In this document: piece after piece, positions 19,445 through 30,009 of the stretch
Position numbering within the stretch: position 1 is the stretch's first letter
Layout: each line of letters begins with the position of its first letter
NCBI GenBank assembly: GCA_965649115.1
Contig: CBFGJN010000006.1
Location: 1 to 50,086 of the forward strand
Direction: 5' to 3'
Length of the DNA stretch: 50,086 bases
Source of the DNA: a candidate division WOR-3 bacterium
GTDB taxonomy: Bacteria; Hydrothermota; Hydrothermia; LBFQ01; DSFT01
Notes under the pieces: model-generated
What the model saw: the letters and a program-made list of their open reading frames with translations, nothing else
Told to the model about the DNA's origin: nothing
Databases searched by the model: none
Program-made: the position numbers and the translations under genes

Positions 19445-20058
19445 TGATGTTAAGGGGTTTATATGTAATTACTGACGAATTTCTAATTAAAGATGAAGAA
19501 CTTGAAGAGAAAGTTGAACTTGCTATCATTGGAGGTGCAAAAATTGTTCAATTGAGAGATAAAATTTTTGATTATAATAAGAGATTTGAAAGAGCAAAGA
19601 GAATTTTGAAAATTACAAAAAAATATAATGCTTTGCTAATTATAAATGATGACCCAATTTTAGCAAGAGAAGTTAATGCTGATGGTGTTCATCTCGGAAA
19701 AGAGGAAGATTATTATTTTAGTTTTGCAAGAGAGATTTTAAGGAATAAAATTATTGGTGTTTCCTGTTATGGAGACTTAGAACGAGCTATTAAATTTCAA
19801 AATTTAGGAGCTGATTATGTAGCTTTTGGATCAGTTTTCCCAACAAAAACAAAAAAATCTGATGTTTTGAAAACCATTGAAATTTTTAAATGGGCTAAAA
19901 GCTTACTGAAAATTCCAATTGTAGCAATTGGTGGGATAAATTATGAAAATGCTCATATCTTAATTAAAATGGGCGTTGATATGATAGCAGTTGTATCAGC
20001 AGTATTTTCAGGTGATGTTTATTCCAATGCAAAAAAATTAAGTTCAATTTTTAGATAA
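19444..20058 (+). CDS. thiE: Thiamine-phosphate synthase
   Basis: VQLRDK, IINDD, GVHLG, TKTK and AIGGI. Confidence 0.95.
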   Translation: MMLRGLYVITDEFLIKDEELEEKVELAIIGGAKIVQLRDKIFDYNKRFERAKRILKITKKYNALLIINDDPILAREVNADGVHLGKEEDYYFSFAREILRNKIIGVSCYGDLERAIKFQNLGADYVAFGSVFPTKTKKSDVLKTIEIFKWAKSLLKIPIVAIGGINYENAHILIKMGVDMIAVVSAVFSGDVYSNAKKLSSIFR

Positions 20059-21327
20059 TCTAATTAATTTCATAATTTTTTGTTTATATTCGTGAAAATC
20101 AACTTCAATTGAATGTCTTGGCGTATTTAGATATCTTTTAAATTGTTCTTTTATTTGATTTTCTACAATTTCAGATAAGTTATTTGGTAGCTTATAATCG
20201 CCTTTTAAAAATTTTGAAATAAGTTTTGCTTGAAGTTCAGAAAGAACCCAAAGACATCCATCAGGTTGAATGAGACCAACAAAAAATATATCCTTAAAAT
20301 TAGGATGAAATATATTTAAAAATAACTTAACTTTACAATCGTCAAGAAATGTTTTCTTAAAATTTTCATCAAAGAAAGGGAAACTTATTTTATAACCTGT
20401 TGCTAAAATTATCGTTTCATACTCTTCACTAAATCCATTTTTAAATATAACACTATAACCATCAAATTTGACAATTTCAGGTCTAATTTTAATTCTGCCA
20501 TGCTTTATATAATAAACAAGCTCACTATTCACAATAGGATGTGTTTGAAACAAGTCATGATCTGGTTTAGGCATTCCATACTTCCTTAAATCTCCTACAA
20601 TCACTTTAAGAAGTAATTTAATTAATAGTTTTCTTACATTCTTCGGAAGAAACTGAATCCTTGAATGAAAATAATCAGAAGGAATTCCAAATAAAGCAAA
20701 TTTTGGAATAAAATAATAACCTCTTCTAATACTCATAGCAGTATGTCTATTAATTCTACAAATATCAACTGCAATATCACAGGCAGAATTACCTGCTCCA
20801 ACAATTAATACTTTTTTTCCCTTAAAAGGAATTGGATTTTTATAATAATGAGAATGAATTATTTCACCTTTAAATTCTCCTTCAAACTTTGGAATATATG
20901 GATCCCAATGATGTCCATTACAAACAATAACAACATTGTAATTTTCAACTTTTCCGTCTTTTAAAACAATTTCATAATTATAATCACTAATTCTTCTTAC
21001 TTTTATAACTTCACTGTTAAATCTAATGTAATTATAAAGGTTAAAGTTTTTAGCATAATTTTTAAAGTATTCAAGAACAAGCCAATGTGATGGATAATCT
21101 GGGTAATTATCAGGCATAGGAAAATCTGAAAAACTTGACATTTTCTTTGAAGTTATTATATTTAAAGTTTCATAAGCAGAAGAATGATTATTATTTTCAG
21201 ATAAGTACCAATTACCTCCTATATCATCGTTTTTTTCATAAACAACAATATCTTTAAATCCATTTTCCAAAAGTGTTTTTAATGTAGTTAAACCACTTGG
21301 ACCTGCTCCTATTATACAAATTTTCAT
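20044..21327 (-). CDS. Flavin-containing monooxygenase (class B FMO)
   Basis: GAGPSG, FxGxxxHSxxYK and GAGNSA. The real start is MKICIIG at 21327; the ORF-track extension is tRNA sequence. Confidence 0.92.
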   Translation of the reverse strand: MKICIIGAGPSGLTTLKTLLENGFKDIVVYEKNDDIGGNWYLSENNNHSSAYETLNIITSKKMSSFSDFPMPDNYPDYPSHWLVLEYFKNYAKNFNLYNYIRFNSEVIKVRRISDYNYEIVLKDGKVENYNVVIVCNGHHWDPYIPKFEGEFKGEIIHSHYYKNPIPFKGKKVLIVGAGNSACDIAVDICRINRHTAMSIRRGYYFIPKFALFGIPSDYFHSRIQFLPKNVRKLLIKLLLKVIVGDLRKYGMPKPDHDLFQTHPIVNSELVYYIKHGRIKIRPEIVKFDGYSVIFKNGFSEEYETIILATGYKISFPFFDENFKKTFLDDCKVKLFLNIFHPNFKDIFFVGLIQPDGCLWVLSELQAKLISKFLKGDYKLPNNLSEIVENQIKEQFKRYLNTPRHSIEVDFHEYKQKIMKLIRLSKN

Positions 21328-21330
21328 AGA

Positions 21331-21404
21331 TGTGCCCGGGCGGACTTGAACCGCCAACCTTCTGCTCCGGAGGCAGACGCTCTATCCAATTGAGCTACGG
21401 GCAC
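21331..21404 (-). tRNA. tRNA-Arg(CCG), CCA not encoded
   Basis: Acceptor stem GTGCCCG/CGGGCAC; anticodon arm TCTGC-CTCCGGA-GCAGA; GTTCAAG T-loop. Confidence 0.95.
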
Positions 21405-23197
21405 TAAAATATAATTTTTTGAACATTTTGTTTATATTTTAAGATATATATACCTCTTTTAAAACTTTGACATCCATTAAAACTTTTCTTCAAAAGCAAG
21501 CCATTTACTGAGTAAATATCAAATGGTTTAATTGAACAAATTTGGTTATCTTTTAAGTAGTAGAATTTTTCAATACTTTCTGAGAGTTTTGTTGTTTGAT
21601 AAATTGGTAAGATAATATGAGATGGATATTGGGCATTATGATAAACTCTATTATTGGCTATAAGTTTATCTGGATCATTTCTTTTAAATGGACCTCCATT
21701 ATTTGGATTGGCTTCAAATCTTGGATAATTTGCTGAAGAGATTATAACCATTAATCTATGACCTGGTAAAAATGCCCAAGCTGTTGTTCCTACTCTTATA
21801 AGAACAGAATCAATTTGATTAGGATTTAATAGAACTTCTTGATTAAAACCATACCTATACCTTGCTTTTATAATTCCATCAGTGACCAAAATTTTTCTTC
21901 CATCAGGAAAAACATCAACAACTCTAACTGAAAAATCAGTATCAAGTCTATTAGACGAAATAAATAATTTTGCATAAATTGTTCCTATAACAAGTAATGT
22001 ATCTGTTAAAACTGGTGTTTGAAATACAACAACATCACTTCTATTTATAAGTGGGCTTTGGTCTTTTGGTCCTGCTTGAGTTGGATCTAATAATTCATTA
22101 CCACCTATTGTAGGAGTAGGATCATAAGGATTGTAAATGTATTCAGAATAACCATTATTTTCACTTGGATAATTTGGACTAATTAAATTTCCATTCCTTA
22201 AATAAAGATTCCTATAATAAATACCTCTTGGTGGAAATGTATCTGAGTAAACCCACTCGTTCAATCCAATTATATAAAATTTAACAGGTGGAAAACTATT
22301 TATGTAATTACAAGCTGATTGATTTCCTGCCAAATGGCAATCGTACCAGCTTCCAATAGCCATATATAAATCATTATTAAAATCAAGAAAGTCTATATAA
22401 GCGTTTGGGAAGCTTAAATCACCTTGATTTGCTTGACCAAATCCGAGATGTGTCCAAGGACCAATTATTAATTTTTGTTTATTTTTAGCACCAGGCATTC
22501 CGTAAAATTGAAGTTTATTAAATATATCAACTTGACTTTCAATGAAAATATCAAACCAACCTCCAAAATGAAGCATAGGTATATTTACATAATTTAGTCT
22601 TTCTTCTAAATTTAAAATTTTCCACATACTATCATAACTTGGATGATTGGCAATTGAATCTATTAAATATCCAACATTTAATCCATTTAACCAATTTTCT
22701 ACAAGCTGTTTTCTAAATTCTCCTCCTTGAAAAGCCGCATAATGATACAAACTATGAGCACCTACGAATGGAACAGCACATTTATAATTTGGATGACCAG
22801 TTCCTGCAAGTAAGTACTGAGTTATTCCCATTGCAGAGAACCAAGAACCACAAATACTATCTCTTGCCCAGCTTTGATTTATAATCCAATTCACAGCATC
22901 ATAACCATCTTGTAATTCGCCCCAGCTGTCAGTTAGAAATACAGAAGGCTGCCCTTCACTTCCTTGAAATCCTCTTAAACTTTGAACAACAAGAACATAT
23001 CTTTTATAGTCAGTTATGAAAGGTTTAAAATAATTAAGTCCAACTGCATTCCTATCATAAGGGGTTCTAACAAGGATAACCAAATATGGTGGAAAGAATG
23101 GCCAAGGCTTACATACCTCAGTTGCTAATTTAACACCATCCCTCATGGGCACCATTACCAAATCACAAGAATAGTTAATTAATAAACTTAAAACCAT
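21404..23197 (-). CDS. CocE/NonD-family serine hydrolase with T9SS-like C-terminal domain
   Basis: MRDGVKL, RTPY, GWFD, IGPWTH and SSANYPRF; C-terminus IYSVNG..GIYILK. Confidence 0.9.
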   Translation of the reverse strand: MVLSLLINYSCDLVMVPMRDGVKLATEVCKPWPFFPPYLVILVRTPYDRNAVGLNYFKPFITDYKRYVLVVQSLRGFQGSEGQPSVFLTDSWGELQDGYDAVNWIINQSWARDSICGSWFSAMGITQYLLAGTGHPNYKCAVPFVGAHSLYHYAAFQGGEFRKQLVENWLNGLNVGYLIDSIANHPSYDSMWKILNLEERLNYVNIPMLHFGGWFDIFIESQVDIFNKLQFYGMPGAKNKQKLIIGPWTHLGFGQANQGDLSFPNAYIDFLDFNNDLYMAIGSWYDCHLAGNQSACNYINSFPPVKFYIIGLNEWVYSDTFPPRGIYYRNLYLRNGNLISPNYPSENNGYSEYIYNPYDPTPTIGGNELLDPTQAGPKDQSPLINRSDVVVFQTPVLTDTLLVIGTIYAKLFISSNRLDTDFSVRVVDVFPDGRKILVTDGIIKARYRYGFNQEVLLNPNQIDSVLIRVGTTAWAFLPGHRLMVIISSANYPRFEANPNNGGPFKRNDPDKLIANNRVYHNAQYPSHIILPIYQTTKLSESIEKFYYLKDNQICSIKPFDIYSVNGLLLKKSFNGCQSFKRGIYILKYKQNVQKIIF

Positions 23198-23199
23198 AG

Positions 23200-24672
23200 C
23201 TATCTAATTATAATTTTACTTATTTTTGAATTAAATTTTATAATAAAAATCCCATTTTTTAAGTTTAAAATTTGCCCTTTCTTAATTTTTGATTTTTTAA
23301 GTAATTTACCATCAACTGTCCAAATTTCAAAGTTTCCATCTGAAAGAAATTTCAAAGTATTTCCAATCAAAATAAAACCTGAATTCCTAAAACTTTCATA
23401 TATATTTACAGATTTATTCCATTTTATAACAACAATATCTGAGTTATTAGTAGTGGAATATGAGATACCGCAAGCGTACAGAGTATCATTTATATCTTTA
23501 AAATCAACAGCAATATCCAAAAGACCATTGTAATCGTACTGATAGCTATAAACTGTATCACCATTTATTGGTTCAATTTTATAAATAACTAAATCTCCTT
23601 TTGTAAATGAATTTTCAATTACGCCGCCTACAAGAATTTTGTTATCAATTGTTCTTCTAATTTTTAGAAAATAGTCATTGGAATTTGGAACCTTATTATA
23701 TGTTTTTTGCCAAACAACATTTAATAATTGATTTAACTTGACTAAATAAGCATCATTTAAAGTAAATCCATTATTCAAAAATCCAACAGCATAAATATCA
23801 TAACCAATTGTAATTAAGTCATTTAAAACATCTAAACTACTACCCGCACCATTTTTAGTCCATTCAGCAATAATTGAACCATCATTATTATTTATCATTC
23901 CAACGTAGAAATCATTATTTTTCCAACCTCCTACAATAATATCACCATTTAACAACTTATCAAGTGCGTATATTCTTGAATTATCACTATAAGTTATACC
24001 CCATATTTGACTACCATCATTTATACTAAATTTTTGAACTTCACCTCTATCTCCATGCCCAACAGCTATAACTGAGTTATTATCTAATGACTTAATACTT
24101 TTGTACATAAAACCACCAGGAATTGTCCTAAAAATTCTCTGTCCGGTTGCTCTATTAACTTTTACAATATATCTTGCAGAATTGCTAAAACTTCCATCAT
24201 ACCATATTTCCCAATCACTACCAGCAGCATAGTAATTATTATCAGGTCCTATAATTAAATCAGAAAATCCATATCTATCAACTCTAATAGGCCAACCTGA
24301 ACCACAACTTCCATTATCATCATCTATATATTGCCATATTATATTTCCATTATCACTTCTAAATTTTGCTATATAACCACAAGGTGTTGAACTATTTGAA
24401 AAGGGATAGACTGTTCCAGCAACTGCTAAATTGCTATCTAATGGATCAATTCTAATAACTTTTATACTGTTTCTACCATAACCACTAAAACTTAAAATTT
24501 TCTGCCACTTTATTGTTCCATCTAAACCATTTAATCTTGCTAAAAATATATTATTACCATAACTACCACCGATAATTACATCATTTCTAAAAACTTCAAT
24601 ACTATAACATTTGTCTAATGTATCTAAACTTCCATCTATCCTAACTATCCAATTTAAAAGAAAAATTAACAT
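23200..24672 (-). CDS. Exported beta-propeller repeat protein with T9SS-like C-terminal domain
   Basis: Repeated GxxxW blades; IWTVDGKLL..GIFIIK. Confidence 0.75.
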   Translation of the reverse strand: MLIFLLNWIVRIDGSLDTLDKCYSIEVFRNDVIIGGSYGNNIFLARLNGLDGTIKWQKILSFSGYGRNSIKVIRIDPLDSNLAVAGTVYPFSNSSTPCGYIAKFRSDNGNIIWQYIDDDNGSCGSGWPIRVDRYGFSDLIIGPDNNYYAAGSDWEIWYDGSFSNSARYIVKVNRATGQRIFRTIPGGFMYKSIKSLDNNSVIAVGHGDRGEVQKFSINDGSQIWGITYSDNSRIYALDKLLNGDIIVGGWKNNDFYVGMINNNDGSIIAEWTKNGAGSSLDVLNDLITIGYDIYAVGFLNNGFTLNDAYLVKLNQLLNVVWQKTYNKVPNSNDYFLKIRRTIDNKILVGGVIENSFTKGDLVIYKIEPINGDTVYSYQYDYNGLLDIAVDFKDINDTLYACGISYSTTNNSDIVVIKWNKSVNIYESFRNSGFILIGNTLKFLSDGNFEIWTVDGKLLKKSKIKKGQILNLKNGIFIIKFNSKISKIIIR

Positions 24673-24709
24673 GGTTTGAAAATTATAAAGGATAAAAAAA
24701 TATGATCAT

Positions 24710-24750
24710 TGCTGTGTCTAAGAATTCTATCTGCCCCCTTGGAAAAAGCA
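24710..24750. repeat. 41-bp internally deleted MITE
   Basis: TGCTGTGTCTAAGAATT ... TTGGAAAAAGCA. Confidence 0.6.
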
Positions 24751-24778
24751 ATTATTTTTTATTTGGCTTATAAATCTT

Positions 24779-27490
24779 TTAATAATCCAAACCAAAGTAA
24801 ATGTTAAATCTTGGACTGCTATCAGTGTATTTTAAATTCGTTCTCCAAGCCCAATTGAAATATATATTTCCAAAACCTAAAAATATAGATATATTAAAAC
24901 CAAAAGATGATTTAGGTGTTGATAAACTATCACCTTCAATAAATTTAAAATTATCATTATCAAACCATGCAGAACCAATATCATAGAATATAGAGCCTCT
25001 TACTGATGAAATTGTCAAAGGTATTGGAAAGCCAAGTTTTAAGTATTCTATAAATGGAAATCTAAATTCCACATTTGAGACAAAAGAATTATTTCCAACT
25101 AAAATTGTATCAAGTGTCCAACCTCTTATCAAGTCAGGTCCATATAAAATGATTCCTTCTTTATCCTTTCCAAAAGATTTATATCCAATTGCTCTAAAAG
25201 CTAAGGTATATCTTTTAGCAAATCTAAAATAATATCTTAAATCTCCATAAATTACATTATTTTTAATTTGTGATAATAAAAGTGATGGTTGAAAAGCGAC
25301 AAAAAATCCATGTCCATCAACGGGACCCCAAGGATAGTACAAAATTTTATCCCTTGAAAAAGCTATATAACCGCTAAATCCATTTTTATATAAAATCGTA
25401 TCATAAAGAAAACCAAAAATTGTAAAGTTTCCTAAGTACCTTGTATAATAATTATATGTTAAGCCAAATTCAAGTCTATCAAATCTATTGAATGGATAAT
25501 AAATCAGAAATGAACTTCCAAGAATTTTATCATAACTATACTTGTCAAATTCTTTTAAATAACTTATTGACCAATACTGATAAGATGATAAGTCCAAATC
25601 CCATCGTTTTTTAAGATACAAATAATCTAAAAAGAAAATAGCATTAGTTATATCTTGAATATAGGATTGCGTTTGTAAAATAATCCAATTGTCTCCTGTC
25701 CAATCACTAAAACCAAGTGTTATATAACCTCCAATACCAAAAGAGCTTCCAAGAGCAACACCTGACAACCAACTTAACGATAGCTCAGTTCTATACTTAT
25801 AGTTCTTATAATCAAAAAGTTTAAATTCAGAAAATTCACCAATTTTCAATTCAATACTATCTAAAATTCTCACTTCTGGAATATAAAAAATTTCTCTTGC
25901 TCCTTCATATTGTAAATTTATAACCATCTTTTGACCGCTTTTATCAAAAGAAAAACTATAAACAGCACTTGGAAAATTCGTTAATTTGTAAAGCTTATCA
26001 TTATTATATTCAAAAACATTTATTGTTCCTTTGTATTCAAGTGCAACAACAGGTTTATCATTTCTTAAATCAAAATAATAAATTTTCCCAAGGTAAGGCG
26101 TAATCTGATAAATGCTATCATTTTCTAAATTATATTTGAAAACTGCATAATTACCAAATTTGAATGAGCTTTCATTTCTATCGCTTATAAAATATATATT
26201 CCCATCACTTGAAAAAACAGGAAACAACTCATTAAAGTAATCATTCGTAATCTTTCTTAATGTTGAATTTTTTAAATTGTAAATATAAATATCTTGTTTA
26301 CCATCTTTTAGTCCTATAAATGCTAATAAGTTGTTGTCCTTTGAAAAACTTGGATAATTTATTCCATCAAGTGTTTTAATTTCTATTTTTCTTTTAATTT
26401 TCCCATTTAAATCAGATATATAAATAATATCATATCCTTTTCCCCTTGCAACAAATGTGAAATAATTGCCATCACTTGAAAATGAAATTTTTGCAGATAA
26501 GAGATGTAAATTTTCTAAATCAGGTTTTGTTTGACCTGAGACAATTTTCTTTTGATATGAACCTGTAATTGTAGAAATATAAATATCTGAATAATCATTT
26601 CTATCAGAAATGAATATAATTTTTGAACCATTCGGATCAATAGCAGGTGCAATATTAAAATAACCTTGTCCTTTCTTGTTGTTCGTTATTCTAATGACAT
26701 TAGAAGGTAAGTTAAAATCTCTCAAAGTTGGATAATATAACTCTTTTAAAAATATATTAAATTTTCTTGAAAATTCATCAATTTCAATTCCAAATGTTCT
26801 TTTAATAGCACTATTTAGGTCGTACATCATAAGAACATTTGATATAAATTCTTTAAGTTTTTCTTTTGAATATTCCCTTTCAATATAATAAAAAATTGCC
26901 TGTCCTTCCTTATAAACAATATAACCTCCATAATAATTTAAAACATTTATTGGAAGAAGTAAATCATTTAGAACCAAATCTCTTACATAAGTTTCACCAC
27001 TAATATCCCATTTAATTGAAACGTACTCTGCCATCCCTTCCATTACCCAAAGAGGAATTCTTGCCACATTAGATAATAATGAGCCTGTTGTTGAAAGTGC
27101 TTCATATTGAAAGGCATGAACTAATTCATGTCTTAAAACATGTCTAAAATCTTCATAAGAATTAAAGAATGGAACTACAATTCTATTTTTGAAAACTTCT
27201 GTAAAACCTCCTACTCCCTCATCTATTATATCAAATATGACATTTGTTTGTCTAAAATCTTCTGCTGAATTGTAAATTATTACAGGAATTTTATTTCTTG
27301 GTATTCTTGGCATTAGTGTTTTATATTCCTCATAAGCTTCTTCTAATACTGAAATTGCAAAATCTTTTAGATACTCACCTCCTCCATAGTAAAAAACTTT
27401 AAAGTGTTCGCTTTGGGCTACCTTCCAATCAAAATCACGATATTGTATTTTGTTTTTTCCAAAGTAGGTTATAAGGAGTATTTCAATCAT
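24779..27490 (-). CDS. Zn-peptidase (MA clan)-like domain + PD40/TolB-like propeller + Omp85 barrel
   Basis: HELVH..WVMEGMAE; PxFSxDG repeats; IRG, EFRFP and terminal GLDY. Confidence 0.82.
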   Translation of the reverse strand: MIEILLITYFGKNKIQYRDFDWKVAQSEHFKVFYYGGGEYLKDFAISVLEEAYEEYKTLMPRIPRNKIPVIIYNSAEDFRQTNVIFDIIDEGVGGFTEVFKNRIVVPFFNSYEDFRHVLRHELVHAFQYEALSTTGSLLSNVARIPLWVMEGMAEYVSIKWDISGETYVRDLVLNDLLLPINVLNYYGGYIVYKEGQAIFYYIEREYSKEKLKEFISNVLMMYDLNSAIKRTFGIEIDEFSRKFNIFLKELYYPTLRDFNLPSNVIRITNNKKGQGYFNIAPAIDPNGSKIIFISDRNDYSDIYISTITGSYQKKIVSGQTKPDLENLHLLSAKISFSSDGNYFTFVARGKGYDIIYISDLNGKIKRKIEIKTLDGINYPSFSKDNNLLAFIGLKDGKQDIYIYNLKNSTLRKITNDYFNELFPVFSSDGNIYFISDRNESSFKFGNYAVFKYNLENDSIYQITPYLGKIYYFDLRNDKPVVALEYKGTINVFEYNNDKLYKLTNFPSAVYSFSFDKSGQKMVINLQYEGAREIFYIPEVRILDSIELKIGEFSEFKLFDYKNYKYRTELSLSWLSGVALGSSFGIGGYITLGFSDWTGDNWIILQTQSYIQDITNAIFFLDYLYLKKRWDLDLSSYQYWSISYLKEFDKYSYDKILGSSFLIYYPFNRFDRLEFGLTYNYYTRYLGNFTIFGFLYDTILYKNGFSGYIAFSRDKILYYPWGPVDGHGFFVAFQPSLLLSQIKNNVIYGDLRYYFRFAKRYTLAFRAIGYKSFGKDKEGIILYGPDLIRGWTLDTILVGNNSFVSNVEFRFPFIEYLKLGFPIPLTISSVRGSIFYDIGSAWFDNDNFKFIEGDSLSTPKSSFGFNISIFLGFGNIYFNWAWRTNLKYTDSSPRFNIYFGLDY

Positions 27491-27560
27491 TTGAAAATTA
27501 TAAAGTTCCCAATTTTCTTTGAAGCTACGCTTTTCAAAAGTTAAAAGAAGTAAGGGTTCG

Positions 27561-27879
27561 TGCTTTGTCCAATAAATAATTTAAATAATTGACACGAAGA
27601 AATTGTTTGTTTTATGGGGGTTCTTTAAAGGGAGCGAAGCCTCCCTTACCGAAATATGGGGATTTTAAAGCCAAAGGCTTAAATATAGGGTGGGTGGGGA
27701 ATTGAGGAATAATTATAATTTCAGAATTACTTTGTCCAATAAATAATTTAAATAATTTATAGGGGGTATTGATTAGGGGGGCAAAGCCCCCCTGACATAA
27801 AATGGGATCTTTAAAGGCAAAGCCTTGAACACAGGGTGGGTGGGGAAAATATATACTCTCAGAATTATTGGACAAAGCA
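27561..27879 (+). mobile_element. Two fused MITE copies (27561 to about 27729; about 27728 to 27879)
   Basis: TGCTTTGTCCAATAAATAAT, second CTTTGTCCAATAAATAAT at 27730, end ATTGGACAAAGCA. Confidence 0.85.
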
Positions 27880-27913
27880 AGAGTTTGAAAATTTATGCTT
27901 TAAAATTTCGGTG

Positions 27914-29098
27914 ATGGAGGATGTGGTTTTAAGAAATAATGAAATAACACAAGAAAATTATAAGAAAATTCCTCTTTTGTTTGCAAAAAAAGATGATTTT
28001 TATCTTTTACAAGAAATTTTAAAATATTATCCAAAGCTTGATTTATATATAACGCTTGAAGATGAACAGCCAGTTTTATATTTGCGACAGATTGACCTAA
28101 CCGATCTTAAGAGAAAAGTTCAAAATTCTATAAAGCAATATCCACTTAAAAAAGAGCTCTTTGAGAATCTAATAAAAGAAATAGAAAACATTAAAAGTTA
28201 TGGTGTAAAGGGTAGAAAAAGGATATTTGTTGGATACGATAAAGAAAGAAAAGTAAAAGATAGAAAAAAGAAGGAAATAGAAAGAGGTAAATATTTTTAT
28301 GCAAGGGGACATAACTTTTCAAGAAAAAATAATGAATTACCAGAAGAATTTGTAAACAAAATTATAGTTGGAGATAGTGAAGAGGTCTTAAAAAAACTAC
28401 CTGAAAATTGTATAGATTTAATTTTTACATCACCTCCTTATAATTTTGGATTAGAATATGAAACTCATAAAGATGGAGTTAGTTGGGAGAAATATTTTTC
28501 AAAGCTTTTTGCGATATTTGATGAATGTATCAGAGTTTTAAAATACGGAGGAAGAATTGTAATTAATGTTCAGCCTCTATTTTCTGATTACATTCCTATC
28601 CATCATATTATTTCTAATTTCTTTATTCAGAAGAAACTTATTTGGAAAGCAGAAATCATTTGGGATAAACATAACTACAATTGTAAATATACAGCTTGGG
28701 GAAGCTGGAAAAGTCCGAGTAATCCTTATTTAAAATACACTTGGGAATTTTTAGAGGTCTTCTGTAAGGGAAGTTTAACGCATCATGGTAGTAAAAAAAT
28801 GGCTGATATTACTGCTGATGAGTTCAAAAAATGGGTATTTGCTAAGTGGGACATCCCACCAGAATATAATATGAAAAAATATGGGCATCCAGCAATGTTT
28901 CCAGAAGAATTAGCAGAAAGAGTAATAAAACTTTTTAGTTATAAAGGTGATATAGTAATGGATCCTTTTAACGGGGTTGGAACTACCACGGTTGTTGCAA
29001 AAAAATTAGGAAGAAGATATTTAGGGATAGATATTTCTGAAGAGTATTGTAAAAAAGCCGAAGAACGCATAAGAAAAGAAGAAGAAAAATTATTTTAA
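27914..29098 (+). CDS. Beta-class amino-DNA methyltransferase (probably m4C)
   Basis: TSPPY precedes DPFNGVGTT; HPAMFP. Start moved to ATG 27914 (7 nt after TAAAAT) because the upstream ORF part is MITE. Confidence 0.9.
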   Translation: MEDVVLRNNEITQENYKKIPLLFAKKDDFYLLQEILKYYPKLDLYITLEDEQPVLYLRQIDLTDLKRKVQNSIKQYPLKKELFENLIKEIENIKSYGVKGRKRIFVGYDKERKVKDRKKKEIERGKYFYARGHNFSRKNNELPEEFVNKIIVGDSEEVLKKLPENCIDLIFTSPPYNFGLEYETHKDGVSWEKYFSKLFAIFDECIRVLKYGGRIVINVQPLFSDYIPIHHIISNFFIQKKLIWKAEIIWDKHNYNCKYTAWGSWKSPSNPYLKYTWEFLEVFCKGSLTHHGSKKMADITADEFKKWVFAKWDIPPEYNMKKYGHPAMFPEELAERVIKLFSYKGDIVMDPFNGVGTTTVVAKKLGRRYLGIDISEEYCKKAEERIRKEEEKLF

Positions 29099-29115
29099 AT
29101 AAATTAAATAAAATT

Positions 29116-29841
29116 ATGAGATTTAATGAAACAGAGAAAAAGATAAATTCAATTATTGCGGCTTACAATAAACTAGTAGGGAATATAGAATCAGAAGCGT
29201 TAAACTCTGAGGAAAGAGCTTATGGTGGAATAATAAGAGCTGGTAAAGGAAAACTTGTAGAAAGTATAGGTAAGGCATTATTAGAAATTGCAGCAGAAGA
29301 ATTAAATATAAATCAACATCTTCGTTTTGTAAACAAAACTATTAAAATCCCTCTTAAGCACGATTATATTAATCGGATAAAAAATCCTGAGGTTAAAGAT
29401 TACATATCAAAAAATTTAGATAAAATTTTTTATAGAATAAAGCCGGATATTCAAGTTTATTTAGATGACGAGTTTAAAATTTCAATAGAATGTAAGGCTT
29501 ATACAGAGATTGCAATGCTTAAACGTATTTTAGTAGATTGCACCCTAATAAAACAAATTTTTCCGAATGTATCTTTTGTTTTACTCCAATTGGAAAGTCA
29601 GCTTGGAGGAGATTATTCTCAATACACTCTTGGAAAATTTGGAAGTCATCCTACACATACTTTATTTTCTTATTTTGATGTTGATTTAACTATTATCACT
29701 TTATTAAAAGGAGAAAGAAAAGTTGATCAACCAATTCACAAACCAAAATATTTTAAACCGCTAGAAAGACAAAGCTTAATTGAAGCAATAAATTGTTTTA
29801 AAAATTTGCTGCTTTGTCAAATAAGTAATTTAAACAGTTAA
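29116..29841 (+). CDS. Putative type II restriction endonuclease, PD-(D/E)xK
   Basis: KPDIQVY...IECKAY; directly downstream of the MTase. Confidence 0.75.
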   Translation: MRFNETEKKINSIIAAYNKLVGNIESEALNSEERAYGGIIRAGKGKLVESIGKALLEIAAEELNINQHLRFVNKTIKIPLKHDYINRIKNPEVKDYISKNLDKIFYRIKPDIQVYLDDEFKISIECKAYTEIAMLKRILVDCTLIKQIFPNVSFVLLQLESQLGGDYSQYTLGKFGSHPTHTLFSYFDVDLTIITLLKGERKVDQPIHKPKYFKPLERQSLIEAINCFKNLLLCQISNLNS

Positions 29842-29990
29842 TTATCAATAACTTATGGGAACTTTAAAGATCTTTTTATTTTATGGGGGCTTATTGGAAG
29901 GGGGCAAAGTTTTATAAGCCAAAGGCTTGATTATAGAGCGGTTGGGAGAATAAAGAAAAATAAATGTTTTTAGAATTATTTGACAAAGCA
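29810..29990 (+). mobile_element. IS903-like MITE, 181 bp
   Basis: TGCTTTGTCAAATAA / TTATTTGACAAAGCA perfect inverted ends; AAGCCAAAGGCTT inside. Confidence 0.85.
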
Positions 29991-30009
29991 ATACATTCTT
30001 GAAATTTTT

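Noticed and set aside
21328..21357. MAVQVRPGTS N-terminal extension of the FMO
   Set aside because: It is translated tRNA-Arg sequence; the Rossmann fold starts at MKICIIG.
27612..27913. 87-aa minus-strand ORF and the 26-aa N-terminal extension of the MTase
   Set aside because: Both come from MITE sequence; the promoter motif points to ATG 27914.
27914..29841. Naming the R-M recognition sequence
   Set aside because: Cannot be derived reliably without a REBASE search or methylome data.
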